From an uncultured virus (IMG/VR IMGVR_UViG_3300036852_000709) (taxonomy: Duplodnaviria > Heunggongvirae > Uroviricota > Caudoviricetes): a DNA stretch of 64,000 nucleotides. The DNA lies in IMG/VR virus record IMGVR_UViG_3300036852_000709; one strand, written 5' to 3'. Of the stretch, positions 19,795 to 31,079 are shown piece by piece (the stretch's first letter is position 1; each line of letters starts with the position of its first letter). The notes below the pieces were generated by a model that saw nothing but the letters and a program-made list of their open reading frames with translations, ran no database searches and had not been told where the DNA came from. The translations under genes were made by a program, and so were the position numbers.

Positions 19795-20499
19795 TCAGTC
19801 TTCGAGGCAGACGCCAGATGAGCAATGCCCAACACCATCAGCAAGCGCGCATTGGGCGCCATCGACAAGCCCCACATGGTAACACGTGTATGGAGCAGGC
19901 GACAGGATATCGCACAGATCGCTTGTGCACGAATTGGCGTCGGAGCATATTGGGTCCGCGGATGTTTTGCACACCTGCTTGCACGCGCCGCCTACGCAGG
20001 CCAACGACTCGCCGCATGATGTCCCATCGGGCTTCGGTGTCTTGATGCACACAGTGGGACTGCCAAGAACCGCGTCAATGCACTCTGTCGGCGCGCATTC
20101 AACTGGTTTGGCTTTGGCGACGCACTCGCCACTGTCATTGCACACGCCGTCTTTGCTGCTGACAGTACACGGCTTCCCGTTCATCTCTGGTATTGGTGTG
20201 TCCACACACGCCGCGCCGAACGGCCCGTAGTACACGGACAACACACACGGGTTGTTGCTCTCGCAGAAGACGGCTGAGCACCACACGGACGAGTCACCCT
20301 TGTACTCCTCAGCGGGGAAGTAGCCGACGGGCTCGTAACCGTCCTCGCACACGAGGACATCGGCATCATCTGGGCACTGCGCCATCTCGACTGTGACCAC
20401 GCCACGAACACATGGCGCTGGCAATTCGTTAACATGAGTGAGGTCGCTGCTGCACGCGAGCGCCTGGCATACAAGCCAGGCCAAGGCAACATGTCGCAT
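19795..20499 (-). CDS. Cys-rich lipoprotein (myxobacterial type)
   Basis: Lipobox LAC; repeated 'DG..C......C..G.C' and 'C.D.NSCT.D.C' units; GGAGG RBS. Confidence 0.8.
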   Translation of the reverse strand: MRHVALAWLVCQALACSSDLTHVNELPAPCVRGVVTVEMAQCPDDADVLVCEDGYEPVGYFPAEEYKGDSSVWCSAVFCESNNPCVLSVYYGPFGAACVDTPIPEMNGKPCTVSSKDGVCNDSGECVAKAKPVECAPTECIDAVLGSPTVCIKTPKPDGTSCGESLACVGGACKQVCKTSADPICSDANSCTSDLCDILSPAPYTCYHVGLVDGAQCALADGVGHCSSGVCLED

Positions 20500-20524
20500 A
20501 ACACACCTCCTGCTCAGCCATTAG

Positions 20525-21592
20525 CTAAGGATTACAATCGCCGATTATGTGAGCGGCGTACGGGCGCAGGCCCTGACCGTCGCCGCCACCAACGTACTTA
20601 AATGGGACAGGAACTCCTCCTGTCGCATACGACATACTGGCTTTCGGAGCCACTTCGTCGCGATGACTGATCCAATACTTGTCTCCTGCATTCAACTGCA
20701 GCGGGATAGGCGTGTTGTAATATGTCCACTGTGGCGGGGACACGTTTGGTAGTAAGCCATTTATGTGAAGAGGCCCTGGCGCGCCATTAGAGTCACTATA
20801 AAGCCTAACGAACCCGGAGTCGGTAAACAATCCAATGTTAGTGATTGTTATGCTGCATGTCGGGGTAAACGCCCACGCCACCTCCTCGGCGTCGAGGGGC
20901 GGCGCAGACGGGTCGCCTTGGCCGATATTGACACCATCTTCACAACATTTAGGATCTTGCAGGCACTGGCCCTGATCGCAAAAACTGATTAAATCACAGT
21001 CATTGCCGCAAAATGAACAGTGGTTGTTATTCGACGCCAAATCTACACATGTGGAGTAGCAACACGATTCGCCGTCGTTGCACACTTTGCCACACGATCC
21101 GCAATTGCTAGCATCTAGGACTAGGGTTGCGCAATACGCCCCGCATGAGGTTTGCGGAGGGTCGCATTTTAGCGGCTCGCATACACCCTGCGTGCACACC
21201 GTGGAACAGCAATTATCGGACCCCTGACACGGGGCGCCGTCATCGCCGCAAGCGCCGCACTTTCCAGCGTAGCAGGTGAGTCCGACGCAACAGCCCTCTC
21301 CGCAGGCAGTCCCGTGGCCCGCGCACGGGGCGCACATACCACCAGCGCATGAGCCAGAGCAGCATTCGTCGAAAGACGCGCACGCTTCGCCGCCAGGCTT
21401 GCACACACTTGTAGCGCCGCCGGTTCCTCCAGATCCCGCAGCACTTGCAGAACCAGTTACACCAGTGGCTGTCGCATTGGTGGCCCCTTGTGCTGTCGAT
21501 CCACCAGCGCCACCATTATCTATCTTCTGTTCACTGCCACATCCCCCAGCGAGGCATACGAGCCCCACGACCGCCATTCGCTTCATAACCAC
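20525..21592 (-). CDS. Cys-rich lipoprotein with Stig1-like repeats and C-terminal beta domain
   Basis: Lipobox-like AGGC; Gly/Thr linker; 'CCS..C', 'D..NCGSCGKVC', 'NHCSFCGNDC'. Confidence 0.8.
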   Translation of the reverse strand: MVMKRMAVVGLVCLAGGCGSEQKIDNGGAGGSTAQGATNATATGVTGSASAAGSGGTGGATSVCKPGGEACASFDECCSGSCAGGMCAPCAGHGTACGEGCCVGLTCYAGKCGACGDDGAPCQGSDNCCSTVCTQGVCEPLKCDPPQTSCGAYCATLVLDASNCGSCGKVCNDGESCCYSTCVDLASNNNHCSFCGNDCDLISFCDQGQCLQDPKCCEDGVNIGQGDPSAPPLDAEEVAWAFTPTCSITITNIGLFTDSGFVRLYSDSNGAPGPLHINGLLPNVSPPQWTYYNTPIPLQLNAGDKYWISHRDEVAPKASMSYATGGVPVPFKYVGGGDGQGLRPYAAHIIGDCNP

Positions 21593-22072
21593 GTCCTTCC
21601 TGAGCCAATACCACTAGTGCAAATCATAACCACGCTACTTCAGTCCGTCGCCGCCGACGTTCCACCGAACCCAACTCCGAGCGATCTGCAGAGCGCGTTA
21701 GACCGAATGAACCTCGAGGGTGACACGATCCGCTTGGCCGACGTGCTCCGGGTTCATCTCACCGCACGCGCGCTTTGCGAGCACGCGGAGCGACGTGTCG
21801 CCGCTATGCGCTTCCTGTTGACCCTCGAAGCGCATCGAGTTCTTTCCTGAACGCGGCAAGACGCTCGATATTGGCGTCGATGATCGATCGCCAGTTGCCA
21901 CTCATCAGCACCTCCGCGCTGGATAGCGTCAGCCCGAAGTGAACTTAGTCACTCAATAAGGACCGTGTAAGGGGTGAAATGTGGTGCGCGGTACACGTGA
22001 CGCGGAGAGCAGCGGCTCGCCTGAACAGCGAGTCAACTGTGCAGTTGCCAAGGACATCCGTTCGTGGTGGCG

Positions 22073-24349
22073 CTATTCCTCCTTGACAATCAGGACGGCT
22101 TGCCCATAGAGGGTCGCCTGCTCGTGCCCGTACATCGCGAGGTGGGCTCTCGTTCGCTCGAGCGTTCGCGCAAGAGCAGCACGGCAAGCGCCATCCACGA
22201 TCGCGTTGGCGACGCCGAGCAGCAGCGTCATGTCCTCAACCCACCCACGCTTCGAAGCAGCTCCGGCGAGCCCGCGTAACGCCATCGCGGCGAGTTGTCG
22301 CCTGTCCGGCGGCGGCGGCTTCGTGGGCTTCTTCGGCGCGCTAACCTTGCGACTTCGGCGGCGCATGGGATCGGGGGCGTGCGCGGGACCGGACAACTGC
22401 AGCCACGGTGGCGCCGTACGCACCAGACGTGAGGACGCGCTCGGAGCACATCAGCCTCACCGTCGCGAGCGCAAGAGGCCCCGGCGGCGCTGAGGACGGC
22501 ATGCGTGCGAGTGCACGCCGCACCGACCACACAGCGTCGGCAAGAAGGCCAGCGTCCTTGATGTTGCCCTTGTCGATCACGGATTCGATTTCTGACATTG
22601 CGACCTCCACATCGGTAAGCCTGTGCAGGCCGGTCGGGAGGGGCAATACCACCGCTCCATGTCCACTGTCATCCTCGCCATCCTGATTTTGACCACGGTC
22701 CACGGGCGTCCCCTTCCCCGCGTCCGGCGCCTAGCGCGAGCACAAGCGGCATAATGCCGTAACGTAAGCCGGTCGTGGTGACATAGCAATGCCTTAGACA
22801 CTGCCCGTGCGCTTCATCATCGATGGCCGCAAAGTGTAGGCGCATCGCGGCGAGCCCTACGGGAGGTCGCGCACTCGATCGCACTCCTCCCAGGCGGCGA
22901 ACACCTCAGCGTTAGCCTGACGGGCAAGGTGGAGGTCCTGACGTGCAAGATGCAGATCTTGCTCGAGACGGACACAACGCTCCCGCCATGACTCGACGCG
23001 CACAAGGACGTCATCGACGTAGCACCTTAGCGACTCCCACATCGCCAGGCGTCCAACGACGTCATCCTCTGGCAAGGACATCGGCCAAAGGCATCGCGCC
23101 CCCTCATCGACCTCGAACGGCTCGCTCCCGTCCACAGGGTAACAGCGGACGTTCACGAAGCGCTCGATCTGTACCCGATGGCAGCGCAGATGGCCACGCG
23201 CTCGGCGACGGTAGCATCCTCAGAATCTGCGTACAGTGCGGCGTGTTCAGCGTTGCAGAAGTCAAGGTCGTTGCCCGCGACGAGAAACCCCAGCGCGTTA
23301 CGCACGTACCGATGGGCGCTCTGCCCACGCCCGGCAGTGATCATCGTGCGGCACTGGTCGCAGATCGTTCCGCCGTTGCCGTTGTTGAACACGCTGCTCA
23401 TAGTTCGATGTCCTCCAAGATCGCGACACTGAGCGCCGCGCCACCTACCGCTAGCACAAGCAGCGGCAACGCGTGCCACGCCGGCATCACCACGAAGGCT
23501 TCGTGCGCGAGGAGCAAGGCGGCGAACATGGATATGCACGCCAATAGAATGTGAGCAATGATGGCCATAGTCATTGGCTCCGCCAAGCCCATTCGACGAT
23601 CCTGGCGATCCCAACGAGCGCGAACAGCGACACGAGCATAGCTGGCACCATAATGATGTAGCCAGTCCACGCCGGCAATGTCTTGATCGCTGCGTGCCAG
23701 AAAAGGATCGCGAGCGTCGCGGCAACGGACATGATTACCAGACGAGTTAAGACGGACATTCATACCTCCACGATGTGTAGTGGCCTGCTTTGGATTCACG
23801 TCTCGTCACCGTGGTTGACAGCCAGACGATCCATACTCTCAACAGCGGCGACCGCGAGAGCGGCAACGCGGATCAGTTGCCGCCTTTTCACAGCACGATC
23901 ATCATGCTTGCGTACTGCCGGATGGAGGTATCGAGCAAACCTACTCGCGGCCTCGTCCTGCATGAGCGTGTTGTCAGTGAACGCTTTCGCTAGGTGGCGA
24001 ACGATGTACTCAGCCCAATCGCCAGAGGTGTGAGCATCGTCGTGCGGCGGGCCTCCCCAGCGTTCGTTTTGGTTCGCCCGTTCCGCTCGGATTTCGTTGT
24101 AGATATTAATGGGCATAATCAACTCCGTTGTTCACAAAGACCAAAGGCGACATGCCCCATGCACATCGCCTCTAGTGCCTTGGCTCAAGACCAAAGGTGA
24201 TTGGAACATAATCACGGACGGGCGCGGGTCAACCACGCGTGAGAGCGAGACCAAAGGCGGCGAGAGCCAAGCCGGTTTGCCGCGCACAATAGCGAATCGA
24301 AGAATGCGCGCGCCTCCGCGTTCGTCACGAGCGTATACCGGATGGCGCT
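22073..24349 (-). CDS. Cluster of about eight small hypothetical genes, including two small membrane proteins (23398-23759)
   Basis: Contiguous or overlapping - strand ORFs; no family recognised. Confidence 0.5.
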
Positions 24350-25346
24350 CATGGTGCCTTGATGAACTCGGCGCGGAGCCGCTTTCCGACGTCGATGAAT
24401 GCTTCCGTCCCGCCCCAATCATAAGCGTCGAAGCCAGTCATCACGCCGTCTATTTCGTGCACGTCCAGCCCCGTGCGATCAACGAGTATGCTTGTCGGCA
24501 CAGGCCTGTTGTCATCGCGGACAGCCATATCGCGATGCCAAACGACAGCTCCGATTGCACAACAACCAGTGACGACCCGCTTGCCACGCACCGTTTCACG
24601 GCGGAACATCTCCCCGCTGATGATCTCGAGTCCGTCCGCCTTCGCCTTGAGGATGCTCGCCCTCAATATCGCGTAGCATTCATCCGGCGTCATCGACGAA
24701 CTCCTTGCGCAGACGAGCGCCGATCAATTCGTGTGAAGTGGCGACGGAGAAGTTGGCCAAAGCGGGGGCGTCGAACCCGTTCGCTATATCCCACGCTTGT
24801 CCGTATGAGATGCCAAGGCGCTCGGCGGCGGGCCTGAAGTCGCCGACCCCGCGGGGGTCCCACTGATCCACGACCACAGCCCCGATGGCGCAGCACGCCT
24901 TGCCATTCGCCAACTTTCGAAACGATCCTCCTGGCGCGATGATGAAGCCTGCGTCCTTCGCCGCCATGATGGCCGCTCGCACGAGGTCGTAAACACGATC
25001 AGCATCCATCGATAAACTCCTTCCGAAGGCGAGCGCCGACGGCGACGTACTCTGGTAACAATGATTGCGGATCGATCACATCGTCGAAGCCCATTACCAC
25101 AGAGTTGACCTCGACTCTTGTTGCGCACATGCGGCTTGCCACGATCTCGTAAAGACGAGCGATGTCGCACAACAGATAGTTGGGCGAAAAAAACTCAGCA
25201 ATGCATGCCCCTGCCGCGCAGCACGCCCGCGACTCGCCGCTGTTCCCAAACAGCGCACCAGACCTGATTATGTACCCAAGTCGCTTGGCCTCCAAAATCT
25301 TCTTCCGCACATACTCATAACACTCATCCGGCGTAGCATTCGGCAC
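24349..25346 (-). CDS. Three tandem paralogous proteins of about 110 aa (24349-24693, 24680-25009, 24999-25346)
   Basis: Shared motifs 'Y..(L/V)R..I..AK..G..I..G..F', 'CCA(I/A)GA', 'GFD', 'G.RLR.EF'. Confidence 0.8.
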
Positions 25347-25362
25347 GTCAACCTCCGTCTAA

Positions 25363-25390
25363 ATCATAACTATGCCATCACTCACCGCAA
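25363..25390 (-). promoter_or_regulatory. Promoter TTGCGG-N16-TATGAT (recurring motif)
   Basis: Upstream of the GGAGG RBS of the paralogue cluster; overlaps the divergent start at 25372. Confidence 0.6.
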
Positions 25391-25923
25391 CGATAACCGC
25401 CGTCCTCCTCGCGATGGTCCGCCCGTCTGTGTCGTGGGCGCCTGTGCCGAACGACCGCATCGAGATCATCGCCGACGACATCGCGCTTGCCGCGCAGCTC
25501 CACGACGGCGCTCCGTTCACTGGGCCAGACCGCGTGCTCAAACTCGCGTTGGCTGGCTCGGTCATCGCGCTCCACGAAAGCAACCTCGCAGAGAAGGTCG
25601 TGTCATGCCGGTACGACGGCGATCCGCTCCGAGGCTGGGAGCCTGGCCGAGGGCGCAGCATCACGCATTTCCAACTTCACAAAGGCGCCGCGTGGTTCGG
25701 ACACACGAAGGCGGAGATATGCCGCAGTGGTCCACTGTCCGCATACCTCGCGCTTGGCATCCTCGGCCGACACACGGGCGTATCGTCGCCTCGCGCCGCG
25801 TTCAATGCGTACGCGAGCGGCAGCGCAGCCAGATACTCGAAGGCTGCCGGGCGTCAATGTGCTATGTGGGAACGCGCTGGGAAGTTCGTCGGGATATCGA
25901 CGGCGTGTTGGTCGAGACTTTAG
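25372..25923 (+). CDS. Lysozyme-like / lytic transglycosylase (candidate endolysin)
   Basis: 'IALHES' catalytic Glu motif followed by 'G.S...FQL', later 'AYASG'; N-terminal signal-like segment. Confidence 0.55.
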   Translation: MPSLTATITAVLLAMVRPSVSWAPVPNDRIEIIADDIALAAQLHDGAPFTGPDRVLKLALAGSVIALHESNLAEKVVSCRYDGDPLRGWEPGRGRSITHFQLHKGAAWFGHTKAEICRSGPLSAYLALGILGRHTGVSSPRAAFNAYASGSAARYSKAAGRQCAMWERAGKFVGISTACWSRL

Positions 25924-26095
25924 CACGCCGCTTGGAACGGCGCTCATGGTCATACGGCTAGCCTACCCGAGAACGGGCGCACCGATTTGTCGCGAACCAC
26001 CGGTCAGTGCACGGCACATGACATCCTCCTTTCGCCGAGTAACGATCATTCGGATCGCCATCGACGTACATTCACCATAACCACATCAGAGGCCA

Positions 26096-26422
26096 ATGCA
26101 ACTCGGGTCACTCGTTCTCATGCCCACGCTCGCTATCATCGCCTGCTCATCTGGCGCAACCACTGAAGACCCTGGCAGCCAGTCAGCAGGCGGCGGCGGC
26201 GAAGGGGGCGTCATTGCCGATGCAGGTAGCGATGCCGCAGACGGCGCCAAGCCAGTCGAATGCAAGACCGCAGACGACTGCCCGCCGAAGTTCAAGTACT
26301 GCGTTGATCCCGTGTGCTCCAACGGAGCGTGCACAGAGCAATACATGCCCGTCGATACGCCGTGCCCGTTAGACGCCGGCTTCGGAGTGTGCCGCGGCGA
26401 TGGGGAATGCGTCTCTCAGTAG
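26096..26422 (+). CDS. Cys-rich lipoprotein
   Basis: Lipobox IAC; Gly linker; 'C.TADDCP....C....C.NG.C'. Confidence 0.75.
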   Translation: MQLGSLVLMPTLAIIACSSGATTEDPGSQSAGGGGEGGVIADAGSDAADGAKPVECKTADDCPPKFKYCVDPVCSNGACTEQYMPVDTPCPLDAGFGVCRGDGECVSQ

Positions 26423-26787
26423 TACCCAAGCCCACGGAGGATGCGGGCGAGTGAGATGACAGCGCATTGGGCGTAGTCGGCGGGGGCATCGTCTGGAAGC
26501 GCTAGCGCTGTGACGGCAAGCCGCGTGTACGCGCTGGCGTTCGCGGCCCAGATATCATCCTTACGCGACCCGCCGTTCGTCTCGAATGCGTGACGGGCGA
26601 GCGTGGCTATGAGCCATTCGGATGGCGCTGGGGCATCGCCATCGCCTAAATACCTGGTGCCAGAGGCAGCCACAACCCAGGCCCAGCTTTTACGAGCGTC
26701 CTCGTCGCCAATACGGAGTGGGCAACCAGGTGGCACCATCCACCACTGTCCAACCTCCACGCGCTCAGGCTTCGGTAGCATCGCCAT
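26416..26787 (-). CDS. Hypothetical protein, paralogue of 40228-40701
   Basis: 'LPKPERVEVGQWW...YLG.G....PSEWLI...ARHAFE'. Confidence 0.65.
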   Translation of the reverse strand: MAMLPKPERVEVGQWWMVPPGCPLRIGDEDARKSWAWVVAASGTRYLGDGDAPAPSEWLIATLARHAFETNGGSRKDDIWAANASAYTRLAVTALALPDDAPADYAQCAVISLARILRGLGYY

Positions 26788-28539
26788 CCTCCAATCGCAC
26801 CCGCCCCTCGTAGAAGTCCTCCCAGAAAACGTACGTGCCCGTCGGCATGACAACCCCGTGCTCTATCCAACGCACCCATGCGGTCCACGGATATACGCGT
26901 TGATCGTCGCTGTCTTCCACGCGATCGACCACGCAGCGAGCGCCATGGTACCCTGTGCGCAACCACACGAGCCGGTCGCCAACGAGAGGTCTGTGTTGCT
27001 CAGGGTTAGGCCAGCCCATGCCTGGTCTCCTGCGAGGATGTACGACATCTGCTGATTCGAGCCAGATGCTCATTGACGACGGAGCAAATCTCCTTGCGCC
27101 TCTCCGTCACGTCGTCGTGGTGACAGCCGACCAGATGGGTGGTCGTGGCGTCATAGATCTTGCCACCGAACCCGAGTGCTCCGCGGAAACGCCACTCGCG
27201 CGGAGGTCGGTCGGACATGTGCGCATCGAGGAAGTCCTCGCGTTCAAGGTCCAACGCCCCCGCGTGCTCCACGAGCACGGTGTAGATATCGTTTAGGTAG
27301 GCGAGACGGTCTTGCATTAGATCTCCGAAATGCGTGACATGGCGTAGGTGAGGGCGTTGGATTCGTGCTCGGCTTGAGAGGCAAATGAGAAGACCGCGAG
27401 GCAACCATCGCCGCCGACGCCCACCTCACCGTCGTCAAGCGGGATCCTAGACGGCCACTTGCCAGTCAGGTCGCGCACGACGTCCTCGCAACTGAGCGCA
27501 TCGCCACGCGCGCCATGCTCTGGATAGCACGTGGCAACGACGTGCACGGGTCTCGATACGGCGTGGCCTTGGAAACACTCGAACGATATCGTGTCATCGG
27601 TGGATGGCCTGATCTCGATTGAGCCGCAGCGAGAGCACGCTGAACTTGATGCTCTGCCGAACCACTCCCGCATGGGCTCGAGTGGGCCGAGTTGGATAAC
27701 CATGGCAGTGTCGCGACAGCGCTTGCACACGATGTATCCAGGATGGGACTCTCCTGGTGGATACCTGGGCTCGCATCCATGGCACTCGGTGCATCTGTCT
27801 CGTCCGGCCCACGGAGCAACCGGCGCGAGTAGGACGATTCCGGATACACGCTCTGCCATGTCCGGCGCCATCTCCGACAGTGCTTGCGCGAGAGCGCCGC
27901 ATTGCCCACCAGCGCCGATCAGCACGAGCTGTCCATGTTTCGGCGGCGGGATGCCCATGGCTGCGACGATGCCGCCCGGCGCGCACTGCGCGATGGCATT
28001 TGGATCGACGCCATAGGTGAGGAAGATGGGGCTCATCTGCACATCTCCGCCCACGGGTGACGGCTCCGAGGCACGCGTAGGAACTCGTTTAGCAACCGAT
28101 CCTCGCGAGCGACCGAACCCCGAATATCTTCTCGTGGCGATCCAGGCGTGCCCATATGAAGGCCAGCGCGGCGTGCCGCCTGTGCTTCCGATGGCGCCGA
28201 CCGCCAACACCAATGCGGGTGGACACGGCAGTCACGCGGGCACCGCGATCCACTCACGGTCCACGTGAATGTGCATCACTTCGGCTCCAACGTGAAGATG
28301 GTCGACTCTGACTTGCCATCGGCCCGCTCCCAACCGCATCTCCACCCGCCGCGAGAGTAAATGTTCGCGATGTCGGCCCGCCGGATGTCCGTCAACCCAA
28401 TCACGCGTGCCAGGTCGACACGAATAGCGGAAGTGTCCGTCGCCCTGTCGAGGTGTTCGTCAATGATTTCCTCAGCTTTGGTGACTACGGCGATCGCGTC
28501 TATGCCCAACCTCGTAACAACGTCGGAAACTGTTCTCAT
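26765..28539 (-). CDS. Cluster of hypothetical genes
   Basis: Contiguous - strand ORFs; the first gene starts 7 nt after TACCTT of promoter TTGCCA-N16-TACCTT (28547-28574). Confidence 0.5.
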
Positions 28540-28567
28540 CTCGCCAAAGGTAACCACCTAATAGCCC

Positions 28568-29581
28568 ATGGCAATAGAGACCTCCCCAGAGTGGCCCGTC
28601 CCCGGCGATGAGATCACGCTATCGATCGACCCTGTGCTTGGCGACGCGACAGCCACGCGCTTCGAGTTGACGTCCGTGTCGGACGAGAGCGCGCTTGAGA
28701 CAGGCATGCTTGTCGACGCGGCGGGGGCGTACATTCAGACGTTCACGCCCGATGTCCCAGGCGAATACGGGATCCGGTCGTACGACGTCCAGGCGTTCGT
28801 GGGGCTAGCGGGGTTCGACGCAGACACGGCTGCAGGTGTGCGCGAGGTGTTCTGCGCGACCGCGACGACGACCGTGTACGTCGGCTCCGCAATGCTCCTC
28901 CGAATGCGGACCATTCCGGGGCACGACGCGACGCTCAGGCTCGTCGTGCACGACAGCACCGTGCGCGCGGCAAGCATCGTCGATCCTGCAACAGATCTTG
29001 CGCGAGCGGCAATTCTCGACTCGGCGGTTGCGACGGCTGTGACGACCACCGAGGGTATTGCGGTGTCTGCGCTTGCACCGACGTTGACGACACGCGTTGC
29101 CGCGCTCGGCGCAGCGTATCAGGGGCATATTGCAAATACAACAGCGCATGACCCGGACGGAGATACGGTCAACGGCATCATTAGAGACGTCCCATACAGC
29201 GACGAAGCTGCACTGCTCACGCTCGCCGAGATTTACGAGAAACTGCTCGCGCACCTACCGTCAGGCGTGGACAATTGGCACAACGCCGACGATACGCTCC
29301 ATCAACCGATCACGCCGAAGCCTCTCACGAAGGAGGACGCGACCGTGTGCGCTAGCGACATTGAGGAGCGCGTGTATGAACTGCACCGCGTGACCGTGGC
29401 CGGACCGCCCGATGTTCACGACGTCGCTGACACAACCAACGTTCTTGCGGCGCCTCCACCGCTGACGTCCGCGATAGTCGCCTACCTCAACTACATTGCG
29501 AGCAATGATCCGTCAGGGCCGACCGGCGAAAACGAAGGCGCGGTCGATGCGGAGGGGCGGTTTGGGATGAGCGTTGGATAA
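28568..29581 (+). CDS. Putative virion structural protein
   Basis: 337 aa; 'FTPDVPGEY' Ig/PKD-like motif; Thr/Ala/Asp-rich; + strand like the other structural genes. Confidence 0.5.
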   Translation: MAIETSPEWPVPGDEITLSIDPVLGDATATRFELTSVSDESALETGMLVDAAGAYIQTFTPDVPGEYGIRSYDVQAFVGLAGFDADTAAGVREVFCATATTTVYVGSAMLLRMRTIPGHDATLRLVVHDSTVRAASIVDPATDLARAAILDSAVATAVTTTEGIAVSALAPTLTTRVAALGAAYQGHIANTTAHDPDGDTVNGIIRDVPYSDEAALLTLAEIYEKLLAHLPSGVDNWHNADDTLHQPITPKPLTKEDATVCASDIEERVYELHRVTVAGPPDVHDVADTTNVLAAPPPLTSAIVAYLNYIASNDPSGPTGENEGAVDAEGRFGMSVG

Positions 29582-29598
29582 TCGCGACTCGGGCGCGC

Positions 29599-31045
29599 TC
29601 AAAACTTGTTAGCGTTCAGCCACGTTGCAAGCACCCACGCGTGGGACATCGGACCGTTTCTATCGACGCCACGCCCGGTGCCCCAATCGCGGAGCAGTAC
29701 GTGGCCGGGCCATACTCGAGCCTCAGCAATGCATGCTCGGACATCGGCGTCATCGAGCCACGACTTGATGAGCGCTGCGTATGCAGGAAGATAGATCGCG
29801 CGGCGCGCCTCGCCCGGGCTCGCAATCGGATCGCCGTGAACTTGCCCATCGGGATCGAGATCATCCGTCGGCCCGACGCACCCCATGGCCGATGGCTTCC
29901 TTTATAACGAAATGGAGCGGGTCCCCTGTATATCCGTCACATTCCGACGACGCGCAGAACCTCGACCCCAGGTCTCGAAGGAACGCGGCCGGCTCGCCGC
30001 CAAGCCTGAGCACGCGAAGTACGGCGTCTTCCGGCAGGCCGACGTTGACAGCGATATCATCGGCCTCGATTCGCAGCATCCGCTCAAAGCGCTCCGCTTC
30101 CATGGCCTTCAGCCACAGCGCGAACTTTGTTATGCCAGACACGATCGCGAGTTGTTTACGCGCTTCTGACCACGGAAGATCCGGGCCGTCTGGATGTAGT
30201 TTCATACGCCGTACCTCCGCCTTAGTTTGATGTCCTCAGCGAAATCGCAGACGCGGTGCACGTCGTCGACGGATAGCCCGCCGAACAAGCCGCGTGTTCG
30301 ATCCAATGCGCGAACCATGTCGGCTCGCGCAGGCTCATCGTTGGGCAGTGAATAGACTTCCGTACTGCGCCACGTTCGGCGCATATATTCGTCGAAGGCG
30401 GCGGCGGAGGCGGCCAACTTGGCAGTGAACCGCCGCGCCTTTGCCGCTTCATGTCTGGCCAACAGCACAATCGGAGCGAGGACCACGGCAAGCATCGACA
30501 GCGCCGTAAGCCACGACTGCCACGGAATATCAAGAACGCCCATCAATCCTCCACAACCCTGAGCCCTATCGACTCCAACCCGGCCCATCGATCGCTGGCA
30601 TGATCGTAGCGCCACCGGAATAGGGTGGCATCGTCTCGGCGGTCACGCCTCGGGGTGGTGTACGAATCGTAGGGCCCGCCGTACGTTGGCACCCATCCGA
30701 GGTCCGGATGGTGGATGGCCATAAAGAATTTCTCGCCTGTCACGGGGCATGGTTGCTCGATGGCCTCTTGGAGGATGCGGCGTTGCTCGCGTAACTCCTC
30801 ATTCTCTCGGCGCAGATCGTCGTACCTCATTCGGCAGGCTCAAACATCTTGACGTTGGCGGGCCCCGTCGCCACGCCGTGAACGATTGTGCCGTCTACCA
30901 AGCCGTCTGCCACGTCGGCTGTAAGTGCGATTAAGCGCGCTAGCGCTCGCGCGCCATCAGTCCGAAAGCAAATTCGTCGGTTGGCCACGTGCTCATCAAA
31001 CAACAGCGCCACCGTGTCTCCGTCAACTTCAACTCGAATGTTCAT
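29599..31045 (-). CDS. Cluster of five small hypothetical genes
   Basis: Overlapping - strand ORFs; leader gene starts 6 nt after TGGT-TATCAA. Confidence 0.5.
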
Positions 31046-31079
31046 CTCTCTTTGATAACCATCTCAACCAGGACACGCA

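Noticed and set aside
21582..21650. Two further CATAACCAC copies as members of the recurring promoter family
   Set aside because: No TTG -35 at the 16-nt spacing, and both may simply be coding sequence at gene starts.
22916..22962. 21-nt tandem repeat (QDLHLAR x2); similarly 12-nt repeats near 51028
   Set aside because: Short in-frame duplications within coding sequence; no sign of a separate function.
29599..29886. Possible DUF6939-like C-terminal fragment (ARR.IYLPAY...SHA)
   Set aside because: Resemblance is partial and from memory; not supportable without a profile search.
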